This document shows positions 1 through 13,160 of a stretch of DNA of 64,000 nt, piece after piece (the first letter of the stretch is position 1; each line of letters opens with the position of its first letter). The stretch is from Isurus oxyrinchus. Lineage: Eukaryota. Where the stretch lies: positions 4,464,001-4,528,000 of the forward strand of contig JANJGN010000042.1 of the NCBI GenBank assembly GCA_026770705.1, read 5' to 3'. A program made the position numbers and the translations under genes. Below the pieces are notes generated by a model, which saw only the letters and a program-made list of their open reading frames with translations, was not told the DNA's origin and did no database searches.

Positions 1-654
1 ATCACTTCTGAATATTTAAGCGGTTAACAGCATGAAAACTGATGCTACACACGATGCACATATGATAACTAAGTTATTTTTGCCTCAGAATTTTTTTTGA
101 ACCAAGGAGGGAGGAGGTGAAATGTTCACTCTGGGATTGGAAGTATAATGTCTCCCAGCCGGATGCTGCAACACTACTCAAATTCCCCAAAGCACGGTTG
201 ATAAAGAGCTGCACAAAGCTCATGTAAATCAATTTCAGGCGCAGCTGAGATGCATCCGAGAATCCTCATAGAAATAACTCAGAAAATTGAAGGAGGCAGC
301 ACAAGAACCTCGAAGAAAGTGTCGAATACAAGACAATATTTGGGAGGAGGGAAAAGCAAATGAAAGGAATTTCATGAAACTACACACCGATAAATTTGAC
401 GTTCACTGTGGGGAAAGCTGTGCAAACCCTGATTAAGCAAAAGATGATGGGACACTTGGATAGAAACAAAACCTTAAGATATTGTCAATAGGTGTTCACG
501 AAAGGGAGGCCTTGCCAAGCTAGCACACAACCTACATTTGAACATGTGACAGAGGAGATTGAAATGGTAAAGGCATTGAATGTGGTGTACTTGGCTTTCT
601 GTTTTTTTTTGGTTATACTTCCTATGAAAAAAAAGTATGTTCCTTAAAACATCT

Positions 655-1210
655 TTTTTTTCAATCATGGGATGTGGGTGTCTCCTGCTAAGCCAGGAGT
701 TATCGCCCATTTCCTCATTGCCATTCTTCAATGCCCTTGAGAAGGTGGTGGGGAGCTGCCTTCTTGAACCACTTCAGTCCATGCAGGAGGCAGTATCAGG
801 ATTTTGACCCAGTGGCCTTAAAGGAACAGGGATATATTTCTAATACAGGATGGTGACTGACTTGGAGGGGCAGTTCAAGTAAGTCGTGTTCCCATTTATC
901 TGATTCCTCTTTCCTTCCAGTCGTGTGTTTGTAAGGGGCTGTATAAGGTGACTTGATGAGTTCTTGTAGTGCTTCTTGTAGATGATACACAATGCTGCCA
1001 ATGTACGTCGGTGGTGGAGGGAGTGAAACATTGTGGATGTGGTGTCAATGTAGAGGGCTACTTTGCCCTGAATGGTGTCAATCTTCATGAGTATTGTGGC
1101 ATTTGCACTCAACCAGACAACTGGTTATTGTTCATTTACACTGCTGACTTGTGCCATGTAGATGATGGAGAGACGTTGGGGAGTCAGCAGGTGAGTTACT
1201 TGCAGGGATT
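655..1210 (-). mobile_element. Degenerate 3' end of a CR1-group LINE (family whose tail is shared with the local SINE)
   Basis: The minus strand resembles the 3' regions at 36340-36755 and 41790-42190. ORF 840..1112 contains HSLHHRRTLAALCIIYKKH, matching HSLCHRRTVAAVCIIYKMH in ORF 41776. Confidence 0.75.
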
Positions 1211-1767
1211 GCAGGAATCAGTGGTAATATTCAACAAGTGAGTTTTAATCAGTCCGATCGAAGGAGTCCAGAGTTTGGTGATAAAGTCACTCCATTGTTG
1301 GGAAAAATACTACCAATGCATCGCACAGAGGTCTGCTTGGACATATTTTGTATAATGGTTGATGAACCCATTTCACCTACATGACTGGAGAGTGTGGCGG
1401 AGTGTTCCCTCGTATGTTCCTTTCTTCCTGGCGCTGCTTACTGTCTCTATGATCAGCAAGGTGCTGAGTAACATTGTGGAGATACCATGTGTTCCGTGCC
1501 AGCCTGAAATGCTTAAAGAGGCCTGTCTCCTATAATAAAGCTGCACAGAATAATATTGGTGGAATTCAAATAATGCAGAAAATAACCCAAGGGAGAGTCA
1601 AGTTTCCAGGTGGACGGATGAAACATAGGCGACATCAGAAATGTATCTGGTCAAAAGAATTGTCATCATGGTTACCTGGTAGGGTAGGGGAATGCCTAAA
1701 CTGGCATGAGGGATGCATGGGACCCCTTTCCCAGAAGGTCAAGGACAAGTGTCTGGTCCCAAGGAAA

Positions 1768-3190
1768 TAGAATCATAGAAGCATAGAAAATAGGAACAGC
1801 AGAATATCTTTCAGCGCTTCGAGCCTGATCGCTATTCAGTGTGATGATGGCTGATCCTCTATCACAATGTGGTGCTCCCGCACTATCCCCAATCCCCTTT
1901 ATGCCTTTCAGGTCCACAAATCTTCCTATGTCCTTCTGAAATATATTCAGTGATTTGGCCTCGCAGCCTTCTCTGGCAGGGATTTCCATAGGTTTACCAC
2001 CCTATGAGTGAATTTTCTCCACATTTCAGTCCTAAATGGCCTACCCCGTAACCTGAGGCTGTGGCCCCTTGTTCTAGAACCCTCCACCCACCACAGCCAG
2101 AAGAAATATCATCCCCATACCCGGCATGCGCTCCCTTTCAGAAAGTTATACTTTTCCATGAGGCTTCCGATTATTTTTCTAAATTCCAGTGGATATTGGC
2201 CTAGTCAGGACAATCTCACATCTTTCGACAATCCTGCCATCCAAATAATCAGTCCGCTGAACCTTTGTTGCACTCCCACTACGGCACGTTTACCTTCCCT
2301 ATGTGGGGAGACCAAAACTGCACAGAATACGTCAGATGTGGTCTCACCAAGGCACTGTTTAGCTGCAGTAATTCATCCGTGTTCCTGCACTCGTATCCTC
2401 TTGCAATGAGCGCCAACATACCATGTGCCTTCTAAACTGCTTGTTTCACTGGCATGTATGCTTTCAGTGTTTGATGTGGAAGGACACCGAGGCCCCTTTG
2501 TGCATCAATATTTCCCAATCCATCACCATTTAAATAAAACTCTGCCATTCTGTTTTTCCAACGGAAGTGGATAACTTCACACTTATCCGCATTATACTGC
2601 ATCTGCCATGTATTTGCCCACTCACACAATCAGTTTAAATCTTCTTGGAACCTCTTAACACCCTCCTCATCATTCACATCTCCACCTAGTTGTGTGTCGT
2701 CAGTAAACTTGTAAACATTACATTTGGTTCACTGAATCAAATCATTGATACATATTGTGAATAGCTGGAGCCAAGCAGTGATCCCTGCTGTACCCCCAAA
2801 GTCAATGTCTGCCACACTGATGAAGACCAATTTATTCTTACACCCTGTTTCTTGTCTTCTAACCAAATTTTAATCCATGTCAATATAATACCCACAATCC
2901 AAAGTGCTTTAATTTTACACACTAATCTCATATGAGGCACTTCATCAAAAACTTTCTGTAATACCTCACATCCACTGGTTCTCCCTTATCTATTCTGTGA
3001 GTTAGGCCCTCAGAAATCTCCAGACTGTTTGTCAGATAGGATTTCCCGTTCATAACCCCACGTTAAATTTGTCTATTCCCGTTGATATTTTCTAAGTGTC
3101 CTGTTATTGCACACATTGTAATATGCTCTAGCATTTTGCTGACTACTGATGTTAGGCTACCCAACCTTAATTAGCTGTTTTCTCCCTCCT
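1768..3190 (-). mobile_element. CR1-type LINE, 3' part of ORF2 (RT) plus 3' tail, degenerate
   Basis: Minus-strand fragments PHMRLVCKIKA...WIKIWLEDKKQGVRIN...GVQQGS and WANTWQMQYNADKCEVIHF are typical CR1 RT. The tail ends in short catagaa-type repeats at ~1768-1790. Confidence 0.9.
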
Positions 3191-4275
3191 TCCTGTTTTA
3201 GAGTTGGACAGAAATATACCTTCCCCGACCTGAAGAGAACATTTTAGTTGATTGCTAAATTAAGGAAAGATTAGGCTTTGGATAGATGTTAACTCTTAAA
3301 AGGTCCTCTCTCAACAAGGTTCAAATTAACCTCTCTAATGCAGCCCAAGGCAGCACTCGAGCTCCTCTCGGCATGCCACGAAATGTCTAATGACTTCACC
3401 TGGTGGTCGAATTCTAGGAAACCCTCTTTGCATGTTGTCTCCTGATGGATTGTAAGGCTATGGCTGCACGGAAGGAGACTTTTCAGCCTATCGAGTCCAT
3501 ATCTGCATCTCCTAACACACATCACCATCTTCCAAATACAGAATATATTACAGCTCCTCACTCAGCAGCATTGATTTGCAATCAGAACACATGTCTGACA
3601 CCCAGCAATTCTGCCTCACTATCGTACATTTACTGATGCCACCACTTTAATTCCCACCTTCCTCTGCCATCACAGAGCTCCTGATAATGAGAAATAGCAA
3701 CAGCATTAACAAATCATGGCGCTATACATACACAGACAATATGTCCTCTCCCTCTCTTCACCAACGCCATCAACCCCCCTCCCCCCCACTCCTCCCACAT
3801 CTCTGATAGCAAAAGGTCACACTTAAAATCAGGGACCTGAGCATAAATAGCGTGGCCTGCGGTCTGTGGGCCCTTTAGAGGCTCTGAGCAGCATCGTAGA
3901 TTGTTTGAGGTCGAAAGTGAGTGAGTTCCTGCCATTCAGCATTGGTGGATTTTTTTTGAAGATCATGGTACCATCCCACTCTCAAATTCAAAATCATTCT
4001 TATTCGTTTATGTGGCATGACATGTAACTTTGTGATGGTGAGAGCATAGATTCCTTATATGTCACCACATTATCATTCTTCAATCTCAGCTTGCCTTTCT
4101 AATTTCTCGTCTTCATACATGGAGGAACTGTCAAATGCCCAGGCTCTGCAAAGCTCAAGGGGAAAAAAAAGCGACAAAGCAAGAACACAGAACTAATGAA
4201 GAGGTCACATGTGGCATGAGCAGGAAAAGCAATGGATGGAATAGAGTGTCCAGTGGATGGAACATAATGCTTTTA

Positions 4276-5186
4276 TCACCATTTCAAGAATTTAAGCATT
4301 AGACTCACTGGATATTTCAACCCATTCTTTATCATCTCCCTGATTTTACTCTGCGTCCCTACATATATAAACGGGTTAATACAGGAACTCAAAAGCTGAA
4401 GCATAAAGCCACCTTCCTCCAGAATGAAATTTGATTCTTCATAATTGCAACCCGAGAAATAGCTAACATTCTGAATTTGAACGCAGAGGAATGTCATAAT
4501 AACTAACAGATATAACAGGATGAAACTTCCAGAGACACAGAAAAGTAAAACAATGGATTTTCGCCTCTTCTCCATCTCTGGGTCCCCCTGATCATCATCA
4601 TTGCTATAGCCCTGGAGTCTCCTTCGGGCTCTACTGGCCGCTACAATGTGTCTCACAGTGAGAGCATTGAACAGTAAAATCAGAATAAATGGGAGACAAG
4701 GAGTTAAAAGGACAATAATCCAGTCAAATGCGACCCAAGCAGGTGACGTATAAAATATTGCTTTTATATTGCAGTACCAGGGTATATGGTTAATGAAAAA
4801 GGCAGGTTCATAAGTGAAGTACAGTGGGATATTTCGGACACAGTTCAGAATGCAGACAGCTCCAATAACCATAGCAGCTGTTTTCTCTGTGCAATACTTG
4901 GTTTTCAACTTCTGGCAACAAATGGCAACAAATCAATCCATGGTGAAAGCGACAGTTACCCAGACAGACGAATCTCTGACTCCATAAATTAATGTAAGAT
5001 GCAATCTGCAGGACGGAGTGATAAACAGGAAGCTGAATGGGAAATAAATACCTACAATCCGGTTCAATATCACAGCAGTGATAATGACCAGGAGATCTGT
5101 TACCCCCATGAAAACTAGGTAATAAGTGATGCATTTGGAGAGACCACATCTTCCTCGAGAAAGGATCATAATCACTGCGAAATTAG
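4276..5186 (-). pseudogene. GPR139/GPR142-like class A GPCR copy A, exon 2, with one in-frame TGA (4935-4933) at the DRF arginine
   Basis: Acceptor tctctttttcacag|CT at 5187/5186. Reads ANFAVIMILSRGRCGLSKC...SVWVTVAFTMD*FVAICCQKLKTKYC...DPEMEKRRKSIVLLF...NPFIY...SKIRE...W*. ORFs 4933..5175 and 4276..4908 are in the same frame, separated only by the TGA and 8 sense codons. Confidence 0.93.
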
Positions 5187-6344
5187 CTGTGAAAAAGAGA
5201 CATAGCCAGTGAAAAAATGATTGAGAAAAAGGTCAGCAGAGCAGAAAATGTTGGAGATACTCAGAGGTTGTTGAGCACTGCAAAGGGATAAACGTCTGAG
5301 CTTTTCAGGTCATAGGCTTTCCTTATGACTGGAGAAAATGAAACCCTCCTTATATGTAGCAAACCATCAACACTGAATTCTGCTGTGAGGAAGAATATGG
5401 TGTCAGCCCTATAGTGGACAGTGAACTTGCTTCTTTACGATGCAGTTACAGAAAATAAACTCAATTTAATTTCTCTCAATGCATAAAGAAGAGCGAAGAC
5501 AAGAACAGTTCAAGACATTGGCCAATCTAAAGAGCACTACTCTATCGACTGGGGAATTGAGCAGAAATGCAAGACATGACATTGAATGAAAAGAAATAAA
5601 AAAATGCTTCACGTGAGGACAAAATGCCAGGCTGAGACTATGACTAAAATGAAAATAAACTAATTTGCATGGAAATTGAAAGGAAACGTAAACTTCTGAT
5701 TGATAATGATCGCAAGCCAGCCCATCAATGCTTCACAACAACCAGCAAAGCAATTCAACCAGCAAAGTTTCAGCTTCAGGTCAGGTTAGCAGTGTTCTCA
5801 CTTCTGAGCAGAATTTGCGGGTACAAGTGTTGCTGCAGAACTCGAGTGATGGAAGAGTTTTGTCCTGCCAGGGGCACCGTGTTTCAGGCAAGATTATGGA
5901 CTGAGGACCCATCTAATAAGATAAATGTAAAGTCTGCACCGATCTGGTAGATAGCTGCTTTCGTTTTCCACTGCAAGGGAGAAAGTATACGATCGGAAAA
6001 TCCAACAGTTGTGTTGATAAATTAATGGTTCTCCAAATACAGTGTATTAATACCCATACGGGGGCAGTGGTAGTAAAACAACTGAAGTAAAATTAAACAT
6101 TAATAAAACTGAATATTCACTGTCAGCAATGCTGTTACAAACATAACAGAATTGCATTTGCACCTTGAAATGGTAGCGGTAAATGGAAGAAATTATATAA
6201 TTTAGAGGATAAAACGGTGCTGGTCACTTTTCAACAAGGTGGGTAAACCATTCTAGTCGCAGGGCGCTGCAAAATTGGCGACATTTCAACAGTAAGTACG
6301 GATATTTATGTCAGTAAATGGAAGACGTATTGTTAACGGCAGGT

Positions 6345-6430
6345 AACCATCACCTTCTCATGGGGAACTAGGGATGGACAATAAGTACTGGACCAGCGAG
6401 AGACGCCCGCATCCCGTGAATGAAAAAAAA
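6345..6430 (+). repeat. Isolated LINE/SINE 3' tail in the intron of copy A
   Basis: ggggaactagggatggacaataagtactggaccagcgagagacgcccgcatcccgtgaatgaaaaaaaa matches the tail at 22220-22280 and 41150-41215. Confidence 0.75.
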
Positions 6431-6653
6431 ACTAAACTGGAAAAAATCATACTTTAAAAGGGGAAGCATTGTACACAATAAAGGGGAAGACCCATTAAAA
6501 GGGAAAAGTTGCTCTGTTAAGGGTGAAAAAGAATATGTGTACCGGTAGAACAGCAGTACTGCTAAATGAAAGGAGTAATCAAGTAAAGTCAGAAGATGAG
6601 AGAAGTGGTTAACCAATGAGTTCAGTAATGAACCAGTGACTAAAATACTTTAC

Positions 6654-6723
6654 CTGGAACCCCGATTGCGGCGACGGTGGGATAGTAAATGGCAAAGAAC
6701 AGTCCTCTTGGTATTCCATGCAT
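6654..6723 (-). pseudogene. GPCR copy A, first coding exon (MHGIPRGLFFAIYYPTVAAIGVP)
   Basis: ATG at 6723, 70 nt, phase-1 donor CCAG|GTAAAG at 6654/6653. It joins in frame to 5186 (G|CT = Ala); 70+911 = 981 nt = 327 codons. Confidence 0.92.
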
Positions 6724-6773
6724 TTCTGTCACAAGTGGAGAATGTGATTTATACTATTCTGAAAAATTGTCAC

Positions 6774-6810
6774 ATTTATACCTAATGTCAGGCTCCTGGG
6801 AAATAATGAG
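6774..6810 (-). promoter_or_regulatory. Putative proximal promoter of copy A: homeodomain core, O/E-like site and TATA
   Basis: Plus strand CTCCTGGGAA (6793-6802) lies next to TAATGA (6804-6809). TATAAAT is on the minus strand at 6780-6774. The layout is homologous to the region upstream of exon D. Confidence 0.5.
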
Positions 6811-7769
6811 TCGTTCTGATCTTGCACAATAATTACAGTGATTGAAGCAAACAGATGAGTAATGATGTTAATGTTTTGAAGGACAGGAAAGTATTTTTCA
6901 CTGATGCTACTCTAAAATGGAATCAATGCAAAATACAATAAGATGCTAGAAGATAATTAATAAATAAAATAGACATGTGCAATCGTGAAAACGAGCATTG
7001 TACAAGCGGAATCCCTCAAGAATTACTCAAGTTGATTCAACATAATGTATAACTGACTAGAGGTCTGAAAGGCTCATATAGCCAACTTCTAGCTCCTGAA
7101 CATTATTCAGCCCATGTGATCACTGATAAAGTTGCAACGTGGGTCCAAATCTCCCTGAGACTGCAAACCCACTTTACCAAAGTGGTCTGTCTATGCAGTT
7201 CTACTCCAACATATTCTCCGTGCAAAGACTTAGTTCTTTGTGATTACTTCCGGTGCCCACTTTCCCTGATAAGTTTAATCATGTTCAATGTTTAGAATTA
7301 TGGTGAACAACAGCAGTCCAGTAAATTTACTTTCAATCATGACAATTCCAATTCAGTTCAGCACAGTTACATGCATTGTGCACAGCTTCAGTTAATCATG
7401 GCTTTATTCAGTGTGCTCAAGCCGGATTCAGCACGGTAACTGTAGGAATGAGCTGTCTCACCTCACTGGGATTATAGTTAGCCTGAAAGAAGGGCAGAAC
7501 ATGCTGGAACAACTTCACATGAATTCTAGCACCTATAGGCGTGCAAGCTGTGGGATCTGATGAATATTTCCATCATGCTAAGGCCTGTTTTGCTGTTATG
7601 ATTTCAGATTTCCAACATCAGTTATAGACGGCTTTTATATTTTGTATGAACAGGATTAGTTTAGTAAATATTCACTCAGTGTTAACATAACTAGTTTAGC
7701 ACAGTTACACTCCTTGTACCGAAGCCGAATTATGTAAAACAACATTGTGTCTGCTCTGATCTTCTTCAA

Positions 7770-8380
7770 CATGTTTGCGTGCATTATGTATAAACATCAC
7801 ATTTATTCTAACCTCCATGCCTGATGTCCTCGACTACTTAACCAGTTTCCAGTTTCCTAGCCCAAATCCTTCCCCTTTTACCATAGACACCAAACTGGTT
7901 ATCTCCCATTGCCCACGCGGGATATCTGCTGGCTCTCTCCTTTCTTTCTTCACGAAGGACCCAACCAGTTGCCATTCATCGACACAATCCTCCACCTAGT
8001 TGAACGCCTTCACACAGAGAACACCTATTTTAACGCCAATCACTTCCTAAAAATAAAGCTTTCATTTTGGGCACCCTCATGGTTCCGAGATAGGTCTGCC
8101 TCTTGTGAAACATTCTTTGTTCCAGTCACACTCAGGCCACCACCATCACCTCTCTTCCAGAAGCATTGACAGTGTCAATGCTTTTTCCTGCACGCACTCT
8201 GAACTGGGAAATGACTTGATATTTGTTTCAAATTTGACACTTCCCGTACCTCATCTGATACGTCTCCAGCTGTTCCATTCCCTTATTCGACTTTGATGTG
8301 TACATTTGTAGGGTTGGCCTATTTTCCAATATTCACTGTGACATTACAAACGCAAATGCATATCTTGACTACAAGGCCGT
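7770..8380 (+). mobile_element. Penelope-like element, degenerate RT fragment
   Basis: Fragments LDYLTSFQFPSPNPSPFTID and TILHLVERLHTENTYFNANHFLKIK resemble vertebrate Penelope RT. Confidence 0.7.
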
Positions 8381-8439
8381 ACAGACCTCTTTTTAAATCA
8401 CTCTGTTAAATTGATAATCTGATGGTGGTGAGGGCGTGG

Positions 8440-9910
8440 GCAGAGGGATGTTGGGAATAGGCTGTCTGTATTGAATTTGGTTCTGTATCAGTACAGGATG
8501 AGCTGCATTCAAGGATACTCGGGGAAGTGAGGTTGGAAATTGCTGAGGCATTGACCATAATTCCATACTTTCCCTTCGAATCAGGGATGGTTTCACAGGA
8601 CTGCAGACTGGCAAACTTTACAGCTTCGTTAAAAGAACGACTGATAATATAAACGCCAAAAACCTATTTGCCCGTCAGTTTATCTTTGGTGCTTGAGAAA
8701 CTTCTAGAATATCAATTTGAGGCAAACTAAATCATCACATGTACAAATGCGTGGAAGCTCAGGGAACCAAGCATGGATTCCTTAAGGGGAGATCCAATTA
8801 ACTAACTTGCTGGAATATTTTTCTAGGAGTTAACGTAGCTGTATAATGCAGCAAAAGCTATTTATGTGGTGGAAGTACACTTGTCAAAGGTCAATTGATA
8901 CAATACCGCATAACAGACTTGTGAGCAACATTATAGCCCATGGCAGAAATGGGAAAGTAGCAACATGGATACGAAATTGGGTGACCGTGTTCGAGATTAG
9001 AGGTTCATCGTTTTATTTTGAGGGCTGGAGGAAGGCTTGCCGTCGTGTTCCCCAGGTGTCAGTGAGAATGGCTTAGAATTCCGAAAGGCATTGGACATGT
9101 TGCTGGGATGGGAAGGCAGGTGGGGTTCAATGCGGATAAGTGTGTTTTTATTCCTTCTGACAGGACCACCATGGACAGACAATGTAAAATAGCATCCATA
9201 AATTAAAGGGGTTGCAAGAGCTGAGGGATCTGGTTGTATATGTACATAATTCATTTTAATGTTGAATGACAGCATGAGAGAGCGATTAACAAAACATATG
9301 CTGTCTTAAACTTTATGAGTAGGGGCACTGATTACACGAGAAATGTGGTTATGCTGATTTCTTGTAATATACGAACTCTACCTCAGCAGGTGTGTTACGT
9401 CCAGTTCTGGGCGCCCACACTTTAGGAAGCTTCTGAAGGCATTGGAGAGGGTGAAAACATAATTGACGAGAATGGTTACAGAGATGTGGAACTTCAGCTA
9501 TTGTGATGATCGGAGAATTGCTGTTTTATTCAGAGAAAGGAAGGCTGAGAAGATTGTTGAAAGAGCTGCTCAATCACGAGGGATCTTGGGAATTAAATAG
9601 GGAGGACTATTCCTACTCCTGAAATAATCAAGAACTTCCTGGTACAGATTTAAGTTAATTGCAACAATTAGCAAAAGGAGAAAAGGCTTTTTCACGCAGC
9701 AATGCTTAAGATCTGGAAAGCAGTGCCTGGGAATATCATGCAAGGAAGTTCAATAAAGGCAATCGCAATGGAAGTAGATTGAAAAGGAAGTACGTGCTGC
9801 GTTATAGGGAGAGGACGGTAGAACGACACTTAGTGAATTGTTCATTCAAACAGCTGATGCAGACAGTGGGGGTCGAATTGCCTCCTTCTGTTTTGTAACA
9901 ATTATGTGAG
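8440..9910 (+). mobile_element. Old CR1-type LINE, RT to 3' end
   Basis: ORF 8846 reads IDTIPHNRLVSNIIAHGRNGKVATWIRNW. A CR1-like 3' end (cctccttctg...tgtaacaattatgtga) lies at ~9880-9910. Confidence 0.85.
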
Positions 9911-9929
9911 TATTTGGAACCTAAACAGA

Positions 9930-10590
9930 AAATAAATTACAAATGCAGGGAGGTCGTGTTGGAGTTGTATAGAAACCTGATTTCTTGTAATATACGAACT
10001 CTACCTCAGCAGGTGTGTTACGTCCAGTTCTGGGCGACAGAGGAGTATTGTTTACAGTTCAGTTCGCCACATTATAGGAAGGATGTAATTGACTGGAGGG
10101 GGTGCAGAGGAAATTCACCAGGATGTTGCCTGGGATGAAACAGTTAAAGTATAAAGAGAGGTTGGAGAGACTTGGGTTGTTTTTGTTGCAATAGAGAAGA
10201 CTGAGCGGCGACATGATCGAGGTGTACAAGATTATGAGGGGCATGGACAAGATGGATAGGGAGCAGATGTTCCCGTTAGTTGAAGGGTCAGTCACGAGGT
10301 GACGTAAGTTCAAGGTGAGGGGCAGGAGGTTTAAAAGGGATGTGAGGAAGACTATTTTTAACCAGCGGGTGGTGATGTTTGGAATGCACTGCATGGGATG
10401 GTCTTGGTGGTGGGTTGCCTCACACCCTTTAAAAAGTATCTGGCTCTGTACCTGGCACGTCATAAATTCAAGGCTATGGGCAAAATGCTGGTAAATGAGA
10501 TTAGGGAGGTAGGTCAGGTGTTTTTCAGGTGCCGGTGCAGACTCGATTGGCCTAAGGGCCTCTGATCCACTGTGATTCTGTGATTCTGTC
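9930..10590 (+). mobile_element. Younger CR1-type LINE 3' end
   Basis: Reads INYKCREVVLELY...EYCLQFSSPHYRKDV and ends in a tgtgattctgtgattc tail at ~10570-10588. It is homologous, in inverted orientation, to 48500-50295. Confidence 0.9.
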
Positions 10591-11799
10591 TGAAAATATC
10601 ACAAGATATAGAAACTCATATTGATGATGTTGTACAGACTCTCCAGGTCTTATTGATATGTAATTTGCCCCAATTTCCGCCGAGAAACAAGGAATAACAT
10701 TTTCATTTCCTACCTTTTTTTGCAGTTGGCACAGAAAGAAGCTCGTAATAGGGCATTTTTGAAGGGGGAAAACCAGATTCGAAATGCATTGCATTCGCTG
10801 GTACTCATGAGAAGTATGAAGGAGACTGGGACTGCTGGTATGCATCTATGAAAATTTAATATTACCATAGTGCAAATGCACTTGCTATGTTGAAAACAGT
10901 GTGCCCAATGTGGTTGACGTGATGCGTCATGTGTGTGGGTGAAGAGAGTTAGCATGCTTTGCGCTCTTGTAGAGCAGTTGGCTTCTCATTATTAGCCCTC
11001 GTTGTTGGCTAGCACTGATGTGAAAATGACAGCCAAATGTGTAAATCTCTCCCCTTCAGCAAGCAGCCTCTACATCGACAAGTCCTCAGTGTTGTCTCTT
11101 CGTGACAATACCCAAGAGCCTGGACCCTGGCGGTCTCAGACTTAAGCTGCAATGCAACACGGTGTAGGGTTGGCATACCTGCATTCATGAGTAATACTGC
11201 CAACTACAGTAAAATGGCTTCACAGCATTGCGGATATGTTGGGAGAGTTGAAGGCCCCCTTGTGAAACTTGACAAATAAAAATCAAAGAAATTGATTTGG
11301 GGCCTAAAGGAGGGCTGGTGTCCAAACAAAACATCTTCCCCATGGTTGCGCCCTGGAAAGTAGAAGCCAATTTCACTGCCGATCATTAACACAACACATC
11401 TCTAATCAATAGAATTAAGTAATGCAGATAACAATGGACTAGTTTCCGATATCAATGAAAGATGACAGTGTAAATATTAAAACATGAGACGATCAACAAA
11501 TAGAACTCTTGCTGCTGGTCGGGAAATGGATACAGTTGGCTCCACTGGGCCTCAAATTAAAACCTGTTATAAGAACATCAAGCTCCCATATTGGCGTTGA
11601 ATGAAATTAATTATCTAACATCCCCAGTTACTGGCTGCTTCTATCCTTACTCACTATGGACGAAATCGAGTCTCACTAGCTTGCATCTTCATGCCTGCCC
11701 CGTTTTCCCTGAAGATTCCCGGTCGATGCACACAGTGTTACCGTCTCCAGCCTCCACATTTCACAATCTGCTGAAATTTCCGCCAGCTCCAGCGTGATG

Positions 11800-12060
11800 A
11801 CCTCACAAACGAATCGAACCCTGACCTTTCAGATTCTCGAAGGGACCGTTCTCTCCGCTGCCCGCTGCTCCATTTGTAAACAATCCTCCACAGATCATCC
11901 TCTTCTGCATCACCTTCATGATGTGCAACACCTTCCCATTTACGCCCATTTTCTTCCAACTGACTTCCACACATGCTTTCCATGTATATACAGTGAATTG
12001 CTTGAACATATTCCAATCTATCACATTCTATTTGCTGGTCGTTGTGCTGCATCCTGTACT
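11800..12060 (-). mobile_element. Possible ancient non-LTR RT fragment
   Basis: ORF 11803..12024 has WKKMGVNGKVLHIMKVM, resembling the K-x-G-V/I-x-G-K-x-L-x-I-I segment of LINE RTs. Confidence 0.35.
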
Positions 12061-12889
12061 CTCGGAGAAGTAAAAGCATATTTTTCTCCCTTTTGTATTT
12101 GCCTTTGGAACTGAGTACTATTTTCTCCTAACTGATGAGTTTTGAGGCGAACCATGCTAATTGTCCGCCTCTCATCGGAAACACACAGGCAACTGTGTGC
12201 AAACTGTTCCAGGAGGCAGTGTGAGGAACAAAGTTAACTGTGGCAGTGCTGCAGATCATGTATAATTGGCTTGTCCTGAGGTCAGCTAAATGTTGAAGAA
12301 AGCGTCTCTGATCAGACCGTGAAAATATTGTTTGATTCTCTCTCCGTATAAATGCAGGCCACATAATTGAGGCTTCCCGATCTTACTGAAAGTCTGTGTT
12401 TTACGGAGGATGTCTCAGAAAAGCGACAACAGTTCTGGTGGACAGTTTGGTGAGCATCTATTCAGTGTTTGCTGCGAAACTACAATTCAACCAGCTGCAG
12501 TTATAATTCTGCATCCCACTCCGACTGATGTCCCTCTGCCCTTGACCTTCTCTAGTGTTCTGATAAAAATCAACGGAAGCAAAGGAACAAGACTTCAATT
12601 TAGGTTTAGGAATTGTCCAGCTATATGGCTCAAAACTGAGTTTAACGATTTCAGATCAAACGCATTCCTGCCATTTTTTTGGACAACAGCCTTAGCCAAT
12701 TATTCTAGCAACACTGATTCCGCTTCCTCTTGTCCCATTTCTGCTTATTTACTTGTCCCATTGCTGTCCCGTCTGCCTTTCACGAATCTGTTTTGTCAAT
12801 TAACTCACCTTCCATCTCCCCTCTCGACCCCTAAATAGACAAACAGAGAAATTAGCTCCATTGTAGGAACTAATGTAAGAAGTGAGAAA

Positions 12890-13160
12890 ACCTGTACTCA
12901 CAGAGGGAGATTGCAAATAGGCTTACAATAAACAGGATAAAATTAGTCTGGAATACACAGTTGGAGTAGTACCTTTAAATGAATGCATTAGATTTTGAAG
13001 GTAATTCAGGAAGGGAATTGGATTGCGACCTGAAAGGAGAAAATGTGCATGGTTACGAGGGTAATTCAGGGGAGTGGGATAGGAGGAATGCTCTTTCCGA
13101 GACCCAGTGCACTCTATGAATCGAAATGACTCCTTCTACGCTGTAAAGTCACTGTGACTA
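12890..13160 (+). mobile_element. CR1-type LINE 3' fragment
   Basis: Homologous to 9690-9910 (ctggaatacac...ctccttctacgctgtaaagtcactgtga). Confidence 0.65.

Noticed and set aside
4933-4935. Selenocysteine or programmed readthrough of the TGA in copy A
   Set aside because: The position needs Arg (DRF), the context TGA-TTT is not a strong readthrough signal, I saw no SECIS, and CpG decay explains it simply.
4276-5175. Two separate genes or a frameshift (ORFs 4933..5175 and 4276..4908)
   Set aside because: They are in the same frame and interrupted only by one TGA.
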